This document shows, piece by piece, positions 44,177 to 53,940 of a stretch of DNA of 64,000 bases. The DNA lies in the IMG/VR virus record IMGVR_UViG_2648501751_000004, one strand, 5' to 3'. The position numbers were made by a program, and so were the translations under genes. This stretch comes from an uncultured virus (IMG/VR IMGVR_UViG_2648501751_000004). Taxonomy: Duplodnaviria; Heunggongvirae; Uroviricota; Caudoviricetes. Within the stretch, counting starts at the first letter, position 1; each line of letters begins with the position of its first letter. The notes below the pieces were generated by a model that saw only the letters and a program-made list of their open reading frames with translations, did no database searches and was not told the DNA's origin.

Positions 44177-44802
44177 CAGATCATCCCCTGGTTGGGCGAA
44201 TCAGTCGGCCCACCGTTGTCGTTTTCATTGTGGGTATGGCTGTTGTAGGTACCGCGCATGTCACTCATGGTGCCTACGCCGTCCTGCACCTGGCCGGCCG
44301 CCACCATGTTGCCGCCGGCGTTGATGTTCTGCTCAACCACCAGGTTGCCGGTGGCCGTGGTCAGCGGCGTGTCCAGGGTGACGGACGTGCTGGCGATCAC
44401 CCGTACCTCCGGCGCCGTCACTTCCACCGCGTTACCGGCGTTCAGGCGCACCACGCGACCGCGCGCGAACACCAGCTCGTCGCCCTCATCGGTGTAAAGC
44501 GCCACCTCACCCTCGGCCAAGCCCTTGCGGCGGTACCGGCGGTCGCTGGCCACCAGCGCCACCAGGTGGCCACGGGCACCGCCCACGGCAGCGGCGATGG
44601 TCTCCGCGCCCTTCAGCGGTCGAGCCGTAAACCCGTACGGCTCCATGTGCTCCAGGTTGCGGGTTTCGCCCTTGAGCAGGCTCATCTGCAGGCGCTGCAG
44701 CCCTGCGCTGGATTCGGTACGGCCAACCACGCCCCGGCTGATCAGCAGGCGCAGGCGGCGCCACAGCGGCGACAGCAGTTTGTAAGCCTCGCGCGCATTC
44801 AC
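44176..44802 (-). CDS. Baseplate spike (Mu gp45/gpV)
   Basis: EPYGFTARP, GEVALY, C-terminal HTH(N)E iron-binding HxH motif. Confidence 0.9.
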   Translation of the reverse strand: MNAREAYKLLSPLWRRLRLLISRGVVGRTESSAGLQRLQMSLLKGETRNLEHMEPYGFTARPLKGAETIAAAVGGARGHLVALVASDRRYRRKGLAEGEVALYTDEGDELVFARGRVVRLNAGNAVEVTAPEVRVIASTSVTLDTPLTTATGNLVVEQNINAGGNMVAAGQVQDGVGTMSDMRGTYNSHTHNENDNGGPTDSPNQGMI

Positions 44803-45839
44803 CACACACTCTCCTCTTGCTCGGGCTCCGGCTGGGCCTGCAGGTCAAAGCTGCTGGGCGGGGCCACACGGATCTCGCTGCGTTCGCCGCGCTCATCGAG
44901 CAGCAGCTGCACCTCAGTGATCAGCCACTCCACGCCATCCAGCCCCAGCCAACGATCGCGCACTGGCACGATGTCCCCCGGCCGCCAGATGCCCTGGGCG
45001 TGCTGCCAGCCGGCCACCGTGTAAGTCACGCCCCGGGATTCACCCCAGCGCCGGCGCACTTCCCAATCCGCCCGTTGCTTACAGGAGCTGCGATCCACAC
45101 CGGTGTCACAAACCACCAACGTGGGGCGGTACCGACCAATACCAGTGTCCTTGGCCCGGCCCTCCGGCTCGCTGGCTGTTTCACCCCAGATGGCGTCGTC
45201 GGCCACGCTTTGGCCTTGGACAATCACTTCGCTGAACCGGTCCCGATCGCTGAAGCGGCCGCTGGCCGTGCGGATGTTCTCGCCCAGGGCCAGCTCCGTG
45301 CTCAAGCGCCCGCGCGGCGGCCGGGTGATCACCAGGCGGCCATCGGCATCCGGTACCAGAATGAGTGCGCGGTAACTGGCAATCTGGGCCAGGGCCTCGG
45401 CGTAGGTCTGGCCAGGCTCCACCTCCAGGCTACGAATCGGCCCGCCCACGTTGATCTCGGCCACCACCTCAATGCCAAAAGGCCGGGCCAGCTTGCGGGC
45501 GATCTGCAGCACGGTCTGGGACGTCTCAATCGGTTGGGCGGTACCGGAGGCATCCACCAGGTCTGCCGTTTTAGAACGGCCGCTAACCACCAGGCTGTGC
45601 GTGCGGGCGTCGTAACTAGGCAGCACGTCGTCGATGTAACCGGTAATCACGCGCTCGCCGTCAATCTCTACCGTCACCGACTGGCCCGGGCGCAGCGGCC
45701 GGGGCTCAGGTGAGTCCGCCCATTTCTCGGTCAGGCTTACCTCGAAGGTGTCCGCCATCTGTTTCAGGCTCCGGCGGATGGTCACGTTCTTCCAGCCGCC
45801 GTGGAGCTTTCCATCTACGCGCAACATCAGCTCACTCAC
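44799..45839 (-). CDS. Baseplate hub (Mu gp44/gpP)
   Basis: GWKNVTIRRS...VITGYID...GRSKTADLVD. Confidence 0.9.
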   Translation of the reverse strand: MSELMLRVDGKLHGGWKNVTIRRSLKQMADTFEVSLTEKWADSPEPRPLRPGQSVTVEIDGERVITGYIDDVLPSYDARTHSLVVSGRSKTADLVDASGTAQPIETSQTVLQIARKLARPFGIEVVAEINVGGPIRSLEVEPGQTYAEALAQIASYRALILVPDADGRLVITRPPRGRLSTELALGENIRTASGRFSDRDRFSEVIVQGQSVADDAIWGETASEPEGRAKDTGIGRYRPTLVVCDTGVDRSSCKQRADWEVRRRWGESRGVTYTVAGWQHAQGIWRPGDIVPVRDRWLGLDGVEWLITEVQLLLDERGERSEIRVAPPSSFDLQAQPEPEQEESVW

Positions 45840-46992
45840 TCAGCACCTCCAGCTCCGAACCACCGGGCACCGCACCTGGATGACGGACGCGGTTGCGGGC
45901 CACGATCTCCTCGCTGCGGGTGGCGTCGCCATACAGGCGATGGGCGATCACCAGCGCCGGCATGGCGCGGCGGGTGTTGAATACAGTCAGCTCTGGCAGG
46001 GCGGTACCGCGCCGGCGCAGGTCATCCACCACGGCCGCGCGCAGAGACACCAGGCGTTGAGTGGTTGCCGGTGTGGGTGGCTCCGTGGTGGAGAGCGGGT
46101 CGGTCAAGCCACGGTGGATGGTCTCCAGGCTTTGCTGGGCACTGTCGCGGGTGTTGTAGGTCCAGCTGGCAGAGGCACGGGCAGCCGCCACGGCTGAGCC
46201 ACGGCGAACCAGGTTAACGGCAGCGGTCTGCGCCTGGGCCTGCAGGCGGGTGTCCAGTGGAGCGGTTAGCGATGCGGACCGGGTCTCACCGGCACCGAAC
46301 AGCGCCTCATAGGAACGCAGTGCCCGCAATGGCTCGGCCAGCCGATCGGCAATGCCCACCAGGCTGTCTATGATGGCCACGCCCAATTCACCTGGCGTGC
46401 GGATTACGCGGGCAATGGTGCCGCCGATATCGCCGGCGATGCCTTCCGCGTCTTGAAGGGCATTCAGAATGGCGGTTTCCACCTCTTCCACCCGATCAGC
46501 GGCCAGGTCGACGATCTCGAACTGCTCCTCAAACTCCGCCTGCAGGGCATCGAAGGCGCTCTCGGCGCGGTCTTCCACCACCTTCTGGGTGTCTGCCACC
46601 GCACGCGGGTACCGGGGCTTGTCATCCGCCCGAACGACGGTAAGGGTTACCCGGGCCATGCCGCCTTCGCGGGTGGTTTCGGTGATGCGCGGCTCACCAA
46701 TCACCACCACCTGGTGTGTGCCGTAATAGCTGTGGCGCATCTCAAAGGCACCCGGCAGCTCCAGGGCATCCGCCAGGCGGTTGCGCTGTGCGTCGTAATC
46801 GTCACCCACCAGGTAGCCGGTGATCTGCCACTCCCGCGCCTTGCGGCCCAGGTCTTCGGCGTAGGGCTCATCGCGCAGGGGGTACTCGTGCACTTCCACA
46901 CGGCGACCAGGTGAGATGGAGCCGCGCTCCAGGTAAAGCACCACGCCCCGGAACTCGGCGGTGCCGTCTCCGATTCGATCTCTCCAGGTCAT
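45832..46992 (-). CDS. DNA circularisation protein (Mu gpN/gp43)
   Basis: AEFRGV...GRRVEVHEYPLRDEPYAEDLGR; PALVIAHRLYGD. Confidence 0.92.
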   Translation of the reverse strand: MTWRDRIGDGTAEFRGVVLYLERGSISPGRRVEVHEYPLRDEPYAEDLGRKAREWQITGYLVGDDYDAQRNRLADALELPGAFEMRHSYYGTHQVVVIGEPRITETTREGGMARVTLTVVRADDKPRYPRAVADTQKVVEDRAESAFDALQAEFEEQFEIVDLAADRVEEVETAILNALQDAEGIAGDIGGTIARVIRTPGELGVAIIDSLVGIADRLAEPLRALRSYEALFGAGETRSASLTAPLDTRLQAQAQTAAVNLVRRGSAVAAARASASWTYNTRDSAQQSLETIHRGLTDPLSTTEPPTPATTQRLVSLRAAVVDDLRRRGTALPELTVFNTRRAMPALVIAHRLYGDATRSEEIVARNRVRHPGAVPGGSELEVLSE

Positions 46993-47027
46993 TGGGCTAT
47001 GCTCCTCGGATAGATGGAGGGAGTGTA

Positions 47028-47900
47028 ATGATGAGCAATTGGATTCGAGTCCCGCTGGGAATGCTGGCCGGCCTGTTGATTTACATCGTGGTTTCTCAAG
47101 CCGGGGATGACCGCACCTTGGAGATGAAAATCAGCGCCGAACAGGCGACCCAAGAAGACATTCAAAAAGCTAAGGGCTACCTGGCCGGCTTTCTGGAGAC
47201 CTGCCCAACCCTCTTTAACAAATTCGAAGACCGCATTGTTGAAGGCCCCACTATTGAGTTGAAAAGCCCCATGCCGTATCGAGAAGACACCTACGGCTGG
47301 CCCCTGGAAGTGGAAGTCAGTCTCGTGGTTGCCCCTGATGGCGGCGTGGCCAGCGGTCACCACGTTTATTATTACCTGTGGGACGATGTATGGCTTACAC
47401 AGAAGCATCAGGGGGCTGAGTTTTGCGGCCGCCAAGGAAAAGCCGGCAGAGACACCGTCGTCTACACCAAAGGCGAGCCCAAAAGTAACGCCCCTATCGG
47501 CGTCACTATCGACCCGGCCGAGAAAGCCGAATCCGAAGCGATCGCCAGCAAGCTGGGACTCAGCCATGGAGAAAGGTACAGCTATCGCGAGTGGCGGCTG
47601 GACACCCTGGAAAGGTTCCGGTACCACCTGCCGGCCATTGGTGACTGCGGCACCTGGACCGAACCTAAGGACTGTGATCGGCAAGCCAGATATGAGGGCG
47701 TGGAACTCATCTACTGCTCTCACGGGAAAGACCGATACGGCGCTTGTGTCCGGCCCGGGGATGGCCCCTTTCTGGAGACCTACTACCTGACCGAGCACGA
47801 TGTGACCCTCCTGGCAGAGGAACACCTGACCGATGAGGGGAGCTACTTCAAGCTGCTGCAACTTGCTGAGGGACGCCAACCAGATATTTACAAAAACTGA
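47028..47900 (+). CDS. Moron: membrane-anchored/exported hypothetical protein
   Basis: Opposite strand; RBS GGAGG; N-terminal TM; several Cys. Confidence 0.75.
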   Translation: MMSNWIRVPLGMLAGLLIYIVVSQAGDDRTLEMKISAEQATQEDIQKAKGYLAGFLETCPTLFNKFEDRIVEGPTIELKSPMPYREDTYGWPLEVEVSLVVAPDGGVASGHHVYYYLWDDVWLTQKHQGAEFCGRQGKAGRDTVVYTKGEPKSNAPIGVTIDPAEKAESEAIASKLGLSHGERYSYREWRLDTLERFRYHLPAIGDCGTWTEPKDCDRQARYEGVELIYCSHGKDRYGACVRPGDGPFLETYYLTEHDVTLLAEEHLTDEGSYFKLLQLAEGRQPDIYKN

Positions 47901-47902
47901 GT

Positions 47903-49735
47903 TCACGGCCAGATCCCCCATGCCCCAGAGTCAACGTCCAGGTCCGGGCCACCCGGACCTTTCTCTGGGGTCGCCCCACGCACTCGACCATCCTGATCGA
48001 TCTGAATCCTCACAGTGCTCTCGCCACGGCCTTCGTTGTAGCGGATAGCCCGCTGCGCTTCATCGTTGCCGAACGCAGCCAATACGCGGGCCACGCTCTC
48101 GCCGATAGCCTCGCCAATGTTGCGGCCGGTCTCAGTGCCCAGCATCCCCTGATCGGTCAGCAACTTATTGCTGACGAGTGAGCCCACTCCATATCCAGCA
48201 GCGCCAGCAGCTCCCACTGCCAACCCTGCCGTACCCATCACGCCGAGCCCTGCGGTTGGCAACATTCTCAAAGACGGCGCACGGCGCGCCATGCGCCAGT
48301 TGCTGACACGGTTTGCACGGCGCCTGTTACCCCTGGAACCACCAGCCCCGCCACGAGCATCAGCGCCAGCACCAAACCCACCACCCGGCATGTTGACGAC
48401 ATAGACGGGTTGAACTCCGGACGCTTCCTCAAGAGCCTTGCCAACTGCAACACCGGTACCTAAGCCTCCGAAACGTTGCAGCAGCTTGCCGCCACCTTTG
48501 GCCAAAGCCAGACCGCCGGCCGCTGCCGCCAGCCCGCCGCCGATCATTTCCTTGCCGCTGAGATTCTGTTCATCCAGAAGATATTTGACTGCGTTTTCTA
48601 CGGCCTCATTGATTGGCTTTGCGAACTCATCTGCTGCACCAGAGAGAGCATTCTTGAGGCGGGCGACCTGATCAACCGAATTCGACAACGCCTCTTCGAG
48701 ATCCCTGCTGATCGTGCCAGCGCTGTTCAAAATGTCTCTGGTCTTGGTTCTGGCGCCGGCAATCGCATCCCCGGACAAAAGCGTTCTAAGACCCTTGATT
48801 GTGTCGAGGTCAGCATTGCCAAAAGCTGCTTCAATAGCGCCGGCCCTCTGCTGATCGGTCTCCAGCTCCTGATACCTGGATGCAATATCGTCCAGCACGT
48901 CGAAAGCTGCACGGCGGTCACCCTCGGCGTTATAGAAGCTAACCCCCGTCGCGTTTTGAGCACGCTCCATGTATTTGGAATTGGTGAATAACCGCAGAGT
49001 CGAATCAACTAAGGTAGCCAGACGTTCCGGGTTTCTCTCGATCATCGAGAGCTGCTCGATGAAGCCCAGGGTGTCCGCAAATTCGAGGCCCGCAGATTTG
49101 GCATTAACACCGACTCGGGCAAAAATGCTCGACAAATCCTCCAGCTCGGCATTACCCAGTCGTCCGGCTTTGGTCATTTGATCAATCAAGGCCAGCGCTG
49201 TTTTCGGGTTAGAAAGGTCAAACTTGAATGCCTCTCCAGCAACTCCAACAGCCGAGGCAAGCACTTCAGCGTTAGAACCGGTCACCGCCATGGCCGGGTT
49301 AATGGCCATAATCGTGGCCAGCGCCTGCTCCCAGCTCTGACCAGCCTGAATAAGGCTGTTAAAGCCGTTCAGCAAGGATCCGAGAGACTGGCCAGTCTCC
49401 TCACTCATCCGGTGCAGCTCGGCTCTGAGCAACTGAGACTGCTCTACGGTGGCGCCCGCAGTCTGTCGGATCTGGATAAGCTGCTTATCCAACTTGGCGG
49501 ACTCAACAGCCAGCCGGACACCCGCGTAACCGGCAGCGGCACCGCCGAGCATGGCGGTGTAGCGCCCGCCGAGGGACTCCAGGGTGCGCCCCAAACCACT
49601 GGTCACCCGCTGCAGGCGGCTCATGTGCCGGCTGCCGTTGGTGGCCAGCTGGCGCATGGAGCCTTCGTAACGCCTGGCGTTTCGTTCCAGGTTGCCCCGC
49701 AGGTTCATCACCACGCTGGCGCGCAATTCGCTCAT
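47903..49735 (-). CDS. Tape measure protein (Mu gp42-like)
   Basis: Ala/Gly-rich; VQPVYVVNMPGG; position. Confidence 0.9.
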   Translation of the reverse strand: MSELRASVVMNLRGNLERNARRYEGSMRQLATNGSRHMSRLQRVTSGLGRTLESLGGRYTAMLGGAAAGYAGVRLAVESAKLDKQLIQIRQTAGATVEQSQLLRAELHRMSEETGQSLGSLLNGFNSLIQAGQSWEQALATIMAINPAMAVTGSNAEVLASAVGVAGEAFKFDLSNPKTALALIDQMTKAGRLGNAELEDLSSIFARVGVNAKSAGLEFADTLGFIEQLSMIERNPERLATLVDSTLRLFTNSKYMERAQNATGVSFYNAEGDRRAAFDVLDDIASRYQELETDQQRAGAIEAAFGNADLDTIKGLRTLLSGDAIAGARTKTRDILNSAGTISRDLEEALSNSVDQVARLKNALSGAADEFAKPINEAVENAVKYLLDEQNLSGKEMIGGGLAAAAGGLALAKGGGKLLQRFGGLGTGVAVGKALEEASGVQPVYVVNMPGGGFGAGADARGGAGGSRGNRRRANRVSNWRMARRAPSLRMLPTAGLGVMGTAGLAVGAAGAAGYGVGSLVSNKLLTDQGMLGTETGRNIGEAIGESVARVLAAFGNDEAQRAIRYNEGRGESTVRIQIDQDGRVRGATPEKGPGGPDLDVDSGAWGIWP

Positions 49736-49881
49736 GCTGAGTCCTTCCGGGTTTGTTGGATGTATCGCATTAACTGGCGCGGTGTCATGCCGCGCTGCTC
49801 GGCCTCACTCCAGCCGGTGTGGGTGGCAACCCTCCAGATCGCTTTAGTCAGCGTCCGGACGGCCGCCTTCGCCTCGCCCCC
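49732..49881 (-). other. Programmed -2 frameshift site GGGGGCGA (49881-49874) and chaperone extension frame
   Basis: Shifted frame GEAKAAVRTLTKAIWRVATHTGWSEAEQRGMTPRQLMRYIQQTRKDSA* ends in an ATGA overlap with the tape measure gene. Confidence 0.8.
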
Positions 49882-50245
49882 GTTTCACCACCTCCTGCTG
49901 CACCTGGTTGATACTGCCGGCGTTGAGGTTGCCGGTCGTGGCCAGCAGCAGGTCGAGGTCTTCGGGGTCCAGCTTGCGCAGCAGCTTCATGTCCAGCGGG
50001 CCGCTGATGTCGCCCACGCTGACGATCTGCCGGCGCAGCACTTCCATGCTGCTGCGCGATGGGCTGCTCACCAGCATGGGCTCCACGCCACCGTCGCCGG
50101 TGGGCACCATCATCAGGCGCTCGGAGGCTTCCTGGGCGTCCAGAATGTCGCCGGCCGTGGGCTCACGCAGGGTCACTTCCTTGTGCACCTCCTCACCCAG
50201 GGCCAGGCCATGGATCAATGCAACGGTGATTCGTGCGCCCGCCAT
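49844..50245 (-). CDS. Tail assembly chaperone (Mu gp41)
   Basis: HKEVTLREPTAGDILDA...LRKLDPEDL; position. Confidence 0.88.
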   Translation of the reverse strand: MAGARITVALIHGLALGEEVHKEVTLREPTAGDILDAQEASERLMMVPTGDGGVEPMLVSSPSRSSMEVLRRQIVSVGDISGPLDMKLLRKLDPEDLDLLLATTGNLNAGSINQVQQEVVKRGRGEGGRPDAD

Positions 50246-50601
50246 CAGATCCGCTCCACGCCGTAACCGCTCCAGTTCAGCCGCACGCCGCCGTTGCCGC
50301 TGCTCAGCTCGACCGTGTCGGTTACGAACGCGCGGCGCAGCATGTAGCCATCCCCGGTGTCGGTCTCAAACAGCACGGTGGCACCGGTAATGCGGCCCAG
50401 GGCCAGCAGGTCGGTGTTTTCGGTGTGGCGCACCGTGGTGGTGAGCGTTGGGGCTTCCGGGGTTTCCCGGTGGCCCTGCACACCACGGGGCCCCATCACG
50501 GCCTCGCGGCTCACGCCGCCCACGTTCAGGGTGGCGTCCACGTCGGTGAGCAGCTCCTCGCCATCCACCTTGACGGTGGCTTTGCCGGTAATCTGGCTCA
50601 T
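50245..50601 (-). CDS. Tail tube protein
   Basis: ITGKATVKVDG...GGVSREAV.G; follows sheath. Confidence 0.9.
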   Translation of the reverse strand: MSQITGKATVKVDGEELLTDVDATLNVGGVSREAVMGPRGVQGHRETPEAPTLTTTVRHTENTDLLALGRITGATVLFETDTGDGYMLRRAFVTDTVELSSGNGGVRLNWSGYGVERI

Positions 50602-50642
50602 GTCTCTTTACTCCTGTCTCTCAATGCCAGGGGCGTCAGGCC

Positions 50643-52121
50643 TTACTGGCGGAACTGGGTCTGCATGGCGTGGATGCGGTACTGGCCAACCAGCTTGGGC
50701 GAGTCAATCACGTTCATGCGCTTGGGGTCGGCCGGGTCGATGTTGGCGGTCAGGCTCTCGGCGTAGCCGGCGTAGTCCTGGGCCCAGCCGCTGGTCATGA
50801 AGTCGCGGTACAGGTCCAGCAGCTCCGCCTTGATCACCCGGGGCGTCACGATCGGCTGGCCAGCGCCGTAGTTGCCGGCGTCGGCATCGCCGGCCAGCTT
50901 GTGGCGCGGGTACTTCGAGAGGATGCGGCTGATCTGCTCGTAGCGGATCCGCTCCAGGGTTTCCGGCACCTGGATGTCCAGGTAGGCATCGCTGGCCACG
51001 CCGGCGCTGTTGGTCTGGAAGGTGGTGATCTCCCGGTTGATCTGCACGGTGCCGTCGTTGGCCACGGTGAAGGTGGCAATGCCGTCGTACAGCAGCAGGT
51101 TGCGCTCGGCCTTGGTCCAGGCCAGAGAGGTACGCGGGCCGATCAGCCCTGGCAACGCCAGGTACTGGAGCGGCCGGGCCGGGTCGTTGCTCAGTGAGCC
51201 CGCCGACACCATGGCGTAGGTCACCGCCCACAACCAGGTTGGGCTGGCTGCCAGGTTGGTGCCCATCACGGTCAGGTGCGGGTTGTTGTGGCCGCTGCCA
51301 AAGGTGCCCGTCTCAGAGTGAGTGCCCCGGAACGCGGTGAACGCCCGGGCACCCTGCTGCACCATTGGGCCCCAGCGGCGGTCCAGCTCGTTCTTGAGCT
51401 CTCCCAGGTTGGCGGTGTCGTTGTAGGGGCAGGCGATGTAGTGGTACCACTGGTCACCCATGGCGGCGATCGCAGCGGCCAGATCCGGATTGGCGGCCCC
51501 GTTGGCCATCGCCCCAAAGGTCAGGGTGACGCCATTCGGGCTTACCTCGTCCTGGCGGTTGAGATCCAGATCGATGTCGTTGCCGGTCTCGCCAGCCCAG
51601 CGACAGGTGAGGTTCACTTTGGTGGTATCCACGCCGTCCACGGCCGCGGTCACCGGCAAACGATCGTCAGCGGTGATGGCCGCAACCATACTCTGGGCGA
51701 TATCGGCGGCCGCATCGGCGGCGTCAACCGCAACACGCACCCGGTAACCGGCGATGTACAGCGCCAGGGTACCCGGCACGGTGGCCGTGCCAGCCACGGT
51801 GATGCTCCCGGTAGCCTTCACGCCGGTACCGTCGTCATCCAGAGGGATGGCCCAGGTTTCCATGTAGGGGTCGATCTCCAGTGCCGCGCGGATCATCTCG
51901 GCGATCATGGAGCCGCGGCCGTAGAAGCGGTCGGCCTGTTCGGCGCTGGTGACCCGCTCAACCGAGAGGGCGGGCTTTTCAGCAGCCGCGCTGCGCTGGC
52001 CCAGCACCAGCAGGCGGGTCTGCCATACGCCACTGTTGGCCAGGCGGTCATCGAACTCGATGAACACGCCCGGAATGCGCAGCGCGCTGGGGATGTCATT
52101 GAATACACCGGCGGTAATCAT
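50643..52121 (-). CDS. Tail sheath protein
   Basis: LRIPGVFIEFD...DPARPLQ...ERNLLLYDGIAT. Confidence 0.95.
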   Translation of the reverse strand: MITAGVFNDIPSALRIPGVFIEFDDRLANSGVWQTRLLVLGQRSAAAEKPALSVERVTSAEQADRFYGRGSMIAEMIRAALEIDPYMETWAIPLDDDGTGVKATGSITVAGTATVPGTLALYIAGYRVRVAVDAADAAADIAQSMVAAITADDRLPVTAAVDGVDTTKVNLTCRWAGETGNDIDLDLNRQDEVSPNGVTLTFGAMANGAANPDLAAAIAAMGDQWYHYIACPYNDTANLGELKNELDRRWGPMVQQGARAFTAFRGTHSETGTFGSGHNNPHLTVMGTNLAASPTWLWAVTYAMVSAGSLSNDPARPLQYLALPGLIGPRTSLAWTKAERNLLLYDGIATFTVANDGTVQINREITTFQTNSAGVASDAYLDIQVPETLERIRYEQISRILSKYPRHKLAGDADAGNYGAGQPIVTPRVIKAELLDLYRDFMTSGWAQDYAGYAESLTANIDPADPKRMNVIDSPKLVGQYRIHAMQTQFRQ

Positions 52122-52124
52122 GGC

Positions 52125-52358
52125 TTACTCCTGGGTGTCAGTGGATTTGGCGGCGGTTTTGGCACTCGCCTTTTTCGGGGCGGTGGCCGTTACCAGGTCG
52201 CCATCGCGCAGGCGACGGCGGATGTACTGGCTGGGTTCTACCCAGGCGCCCTCGTCCGGGATCGGCGTGCCGTTCTCCCGGCGCACCTGCAGCACACCGG
52301 CGGCGGGTTTGGCCGGGTCACGCTGGCGAGGCTTCACGTAAATGCGTTCTTTGGCCAC
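52125..52358 (-). CDS. DUF2635-like small tail protein (Mu gp38-like)
   Basis: YVKP...G..V....YIRRRLRDGDLV. Confidence 0.8.
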   Translation of the reverse strand: MAKERIYVKPRQRDPAKPAAGVLQVRRENGTPIPDEGAWVEPSQYIRRRLRDGDLVTATAPKKASAKTAAKSTDTQE

Positions 52359-52370
52359 GGATCACTCCTC

Positions 52371-52928
52371 CTACTCTGGCTGGTTCAGATCTGCCCGGCT
52401 TTGCAGCTCGGGATCGTCCGCATCACCCACCTGATGGGTGCCGGTGTAAAGCTCAAAATCGTTCAAAGTGTTCACATCAAAGGCGGGCGGGAAGGTCAAC
52501 CGCAGCCGGTAGGCCAGGCCGTAGATCACCACGCCTTCCTTGTCGAACCGGTCGGAGTACAGGTTGTCGATGCTCTCCAGGCTCAGGCTGCCGATATTGT
52601 CCACCTTCAGCCCATGCACGGCAGGCGCCACGCGCTCCACCAATTCGTAAGCGCCCACCTGGCGGCTGTTGCCCCGGCGGCGTTCACGCTCGCCACTGGC
52701 GTGGGAGGTCACCACGTAAACCACGTATCGGGCATTGGTGGTGGCCTGGGTGTTGTCGCCACCGCCGCTGCTGCCACCCCAGGCCACGTAAACACCTGGT
52801 GTTCTTCGCAGCGCTGCGCGCAGGGTGGCCTCGCTCCAGCGCCCCGGCAGATCCTCCACCGTGCGCACGTGCGCACCCAGCACCGCCTGGCAGCGCTCGA
52901 TGATGGCGTCCTCAATGGTGGCCAGCAT
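52371..52928 (-). CDS. Tail terminator-like protein (Mu gp37/DUF1834)
   Basis: IEDAIIER; position. Confidence 0.8.
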   Translation of the reverse strand: MLATIEDAIIERCQAVLGAHVRTVEDLPGRWSEATLRAALRRTPGVYVAWGGSSGGGDNTQATTNARYVVYVVTSHASGERERRRGNSRQVGAYELVERVAPAVHGLKVDNIGSLSLESIDNLYSDRFDKEGVVIYGLAYRLRLTFPPAFDVNTLNDFELYTGTHQVGDADDPELQSRADLNQPE

Positions 52929-53335
52929 CAGAAGCCACCGCCGTTAAAGGTGCGCCGGCCGGTGTCGAACTGCGCGTCACCAACCGAGGATTCCGTCGGT
53001 ACCCGGGTGCCCAGCTTTACCTGGCCGCTGGCCACGGAGCGCAGGAACTTGACCGCGTCGTCGTAGCGCTTGGTCACCTGATCAGTTGCCCGGTTGTCGT
53101 AGAGCCGGTACCGGGCGATGTCCGTGCAGTAGGCGGTGACGATGCGCGGCACCGGGTCCATCGGCACCGGATAGCCACCGGCAGACACAAAGCCGTCGAT
53201 CTCGCCACTGGCGTCCTCAATGGCCTTGTCGACCACCGACTGGTCGATGACTGCCCCAGTGCTGTCAGGCACCAGATCCAGCAGCTCGTTCTCGCCGAAC
53301 CGCTCGATCAGGTCATCCAGGGTGCAGTAGGGCAT
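52928..53335 (-). CDS. Head-tail joining protein (Mu gp36/DUF1320)
   Basis: YCTLDDLIERFG...DIARYRLY...RYDDAVKFL. Confidence 0.9.
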   Translation of the reverse strand: MPYCTLDDLIERFGENELLDLVPDSTGAVIDQSVVDKAIEDASGEIDGFVSAGGYPVPMDPVPRIVTAYCTDIARYRLYDNRATDQVTKRYDDAVKFLRSVASGQVKLGTRVPTESSVGDAQFDTGRRTFNGGGF

Positions 53336-53341
53336 GATGGC

Positions 53342-53869
53342 TTACTCCTCGGACTCGGCCGGGTAGGTCACGTCCTCGACAATCAGTGCCGGGTCTTCCT
53401 TGATCGCTTTCACCTGCTCGTCGGTGAGGGACTCCAGGTCCACACCGATGGGCTCGCGGCCAAAGCGAATGCCGGCACGCCGGCGACTGCCCACACGGCG
53501 GCGGGTACGCACCCACAGCGCGGCCTTCTCGCCCTCGGGCGGGTTGTCGTTGTCGCCCTCCGGGTCTGGGGTCTGCTCGCCCTGGTCATTCTGGTTGCCG
53601 GTTTCCTGGGTGTTGTCACCCTGGGCGTCCTCGGGCTTGGCGTCGCCAGCCGGCTCTGCAACGTGCTGCCCAGCCTCGCCCGTGGCGCTCGCACTCTCTG
53701 GCGCTTGCGGTGCCTGGGCGTTATCGGTGGTGCCTTCCTTGGCGGCCTGGTCCTTGGCCGGCTCCGTTGCTTCGGTTTCCTTGGCGCCCTGGCCAGGTTG
53801 GGTATTCGGTTCCGCTGCCTTGGTGCTGGCGGCGGCCTTGGTTTTTGCGGTGCTCTTGCGTGCTGCCAT
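53342..53869 (-). CDS. HI1506-like (Mu gp35) protein with low-complexity N-terminus
   Basis: RRRAGIRF...LTDEQVKAIKEDPAL. Confidence 0.8.
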   Translation of the reverse strand: MAARKSTAKTKAAASTKAAEPNTQPGQGAKETEATEPAKDQAAKEGTTDNAQAPQAPESASATGEAGQHVAEPAGDAKPEDAQGDNTQETGNQNDQGEQTPDPEGDNDNPPEGEKAALWVRTRRRVGSRRRAGIRFGREPIGVDLESLTDEQVKAIKEDPALIVEDVTYPAESEE

Positions 53870-53882
53870 GATCGGTCTCCTG

Positions 53883-53913
53883 AAAAAACCCGCCCCACGC
53901 GAGGGCGGGTTTT
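53883..53913 (-). terminator. Intrinsic terminator downstream of the capsid gene
   Basis: Minus strand AAAACCCGCCC-TCGCGTG-GGGCGGGTTTTTT. Confidence 0.7.
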
Positions 53914-53940
53914 CTAACGCTTTACCGGGTGCCTACTGCC

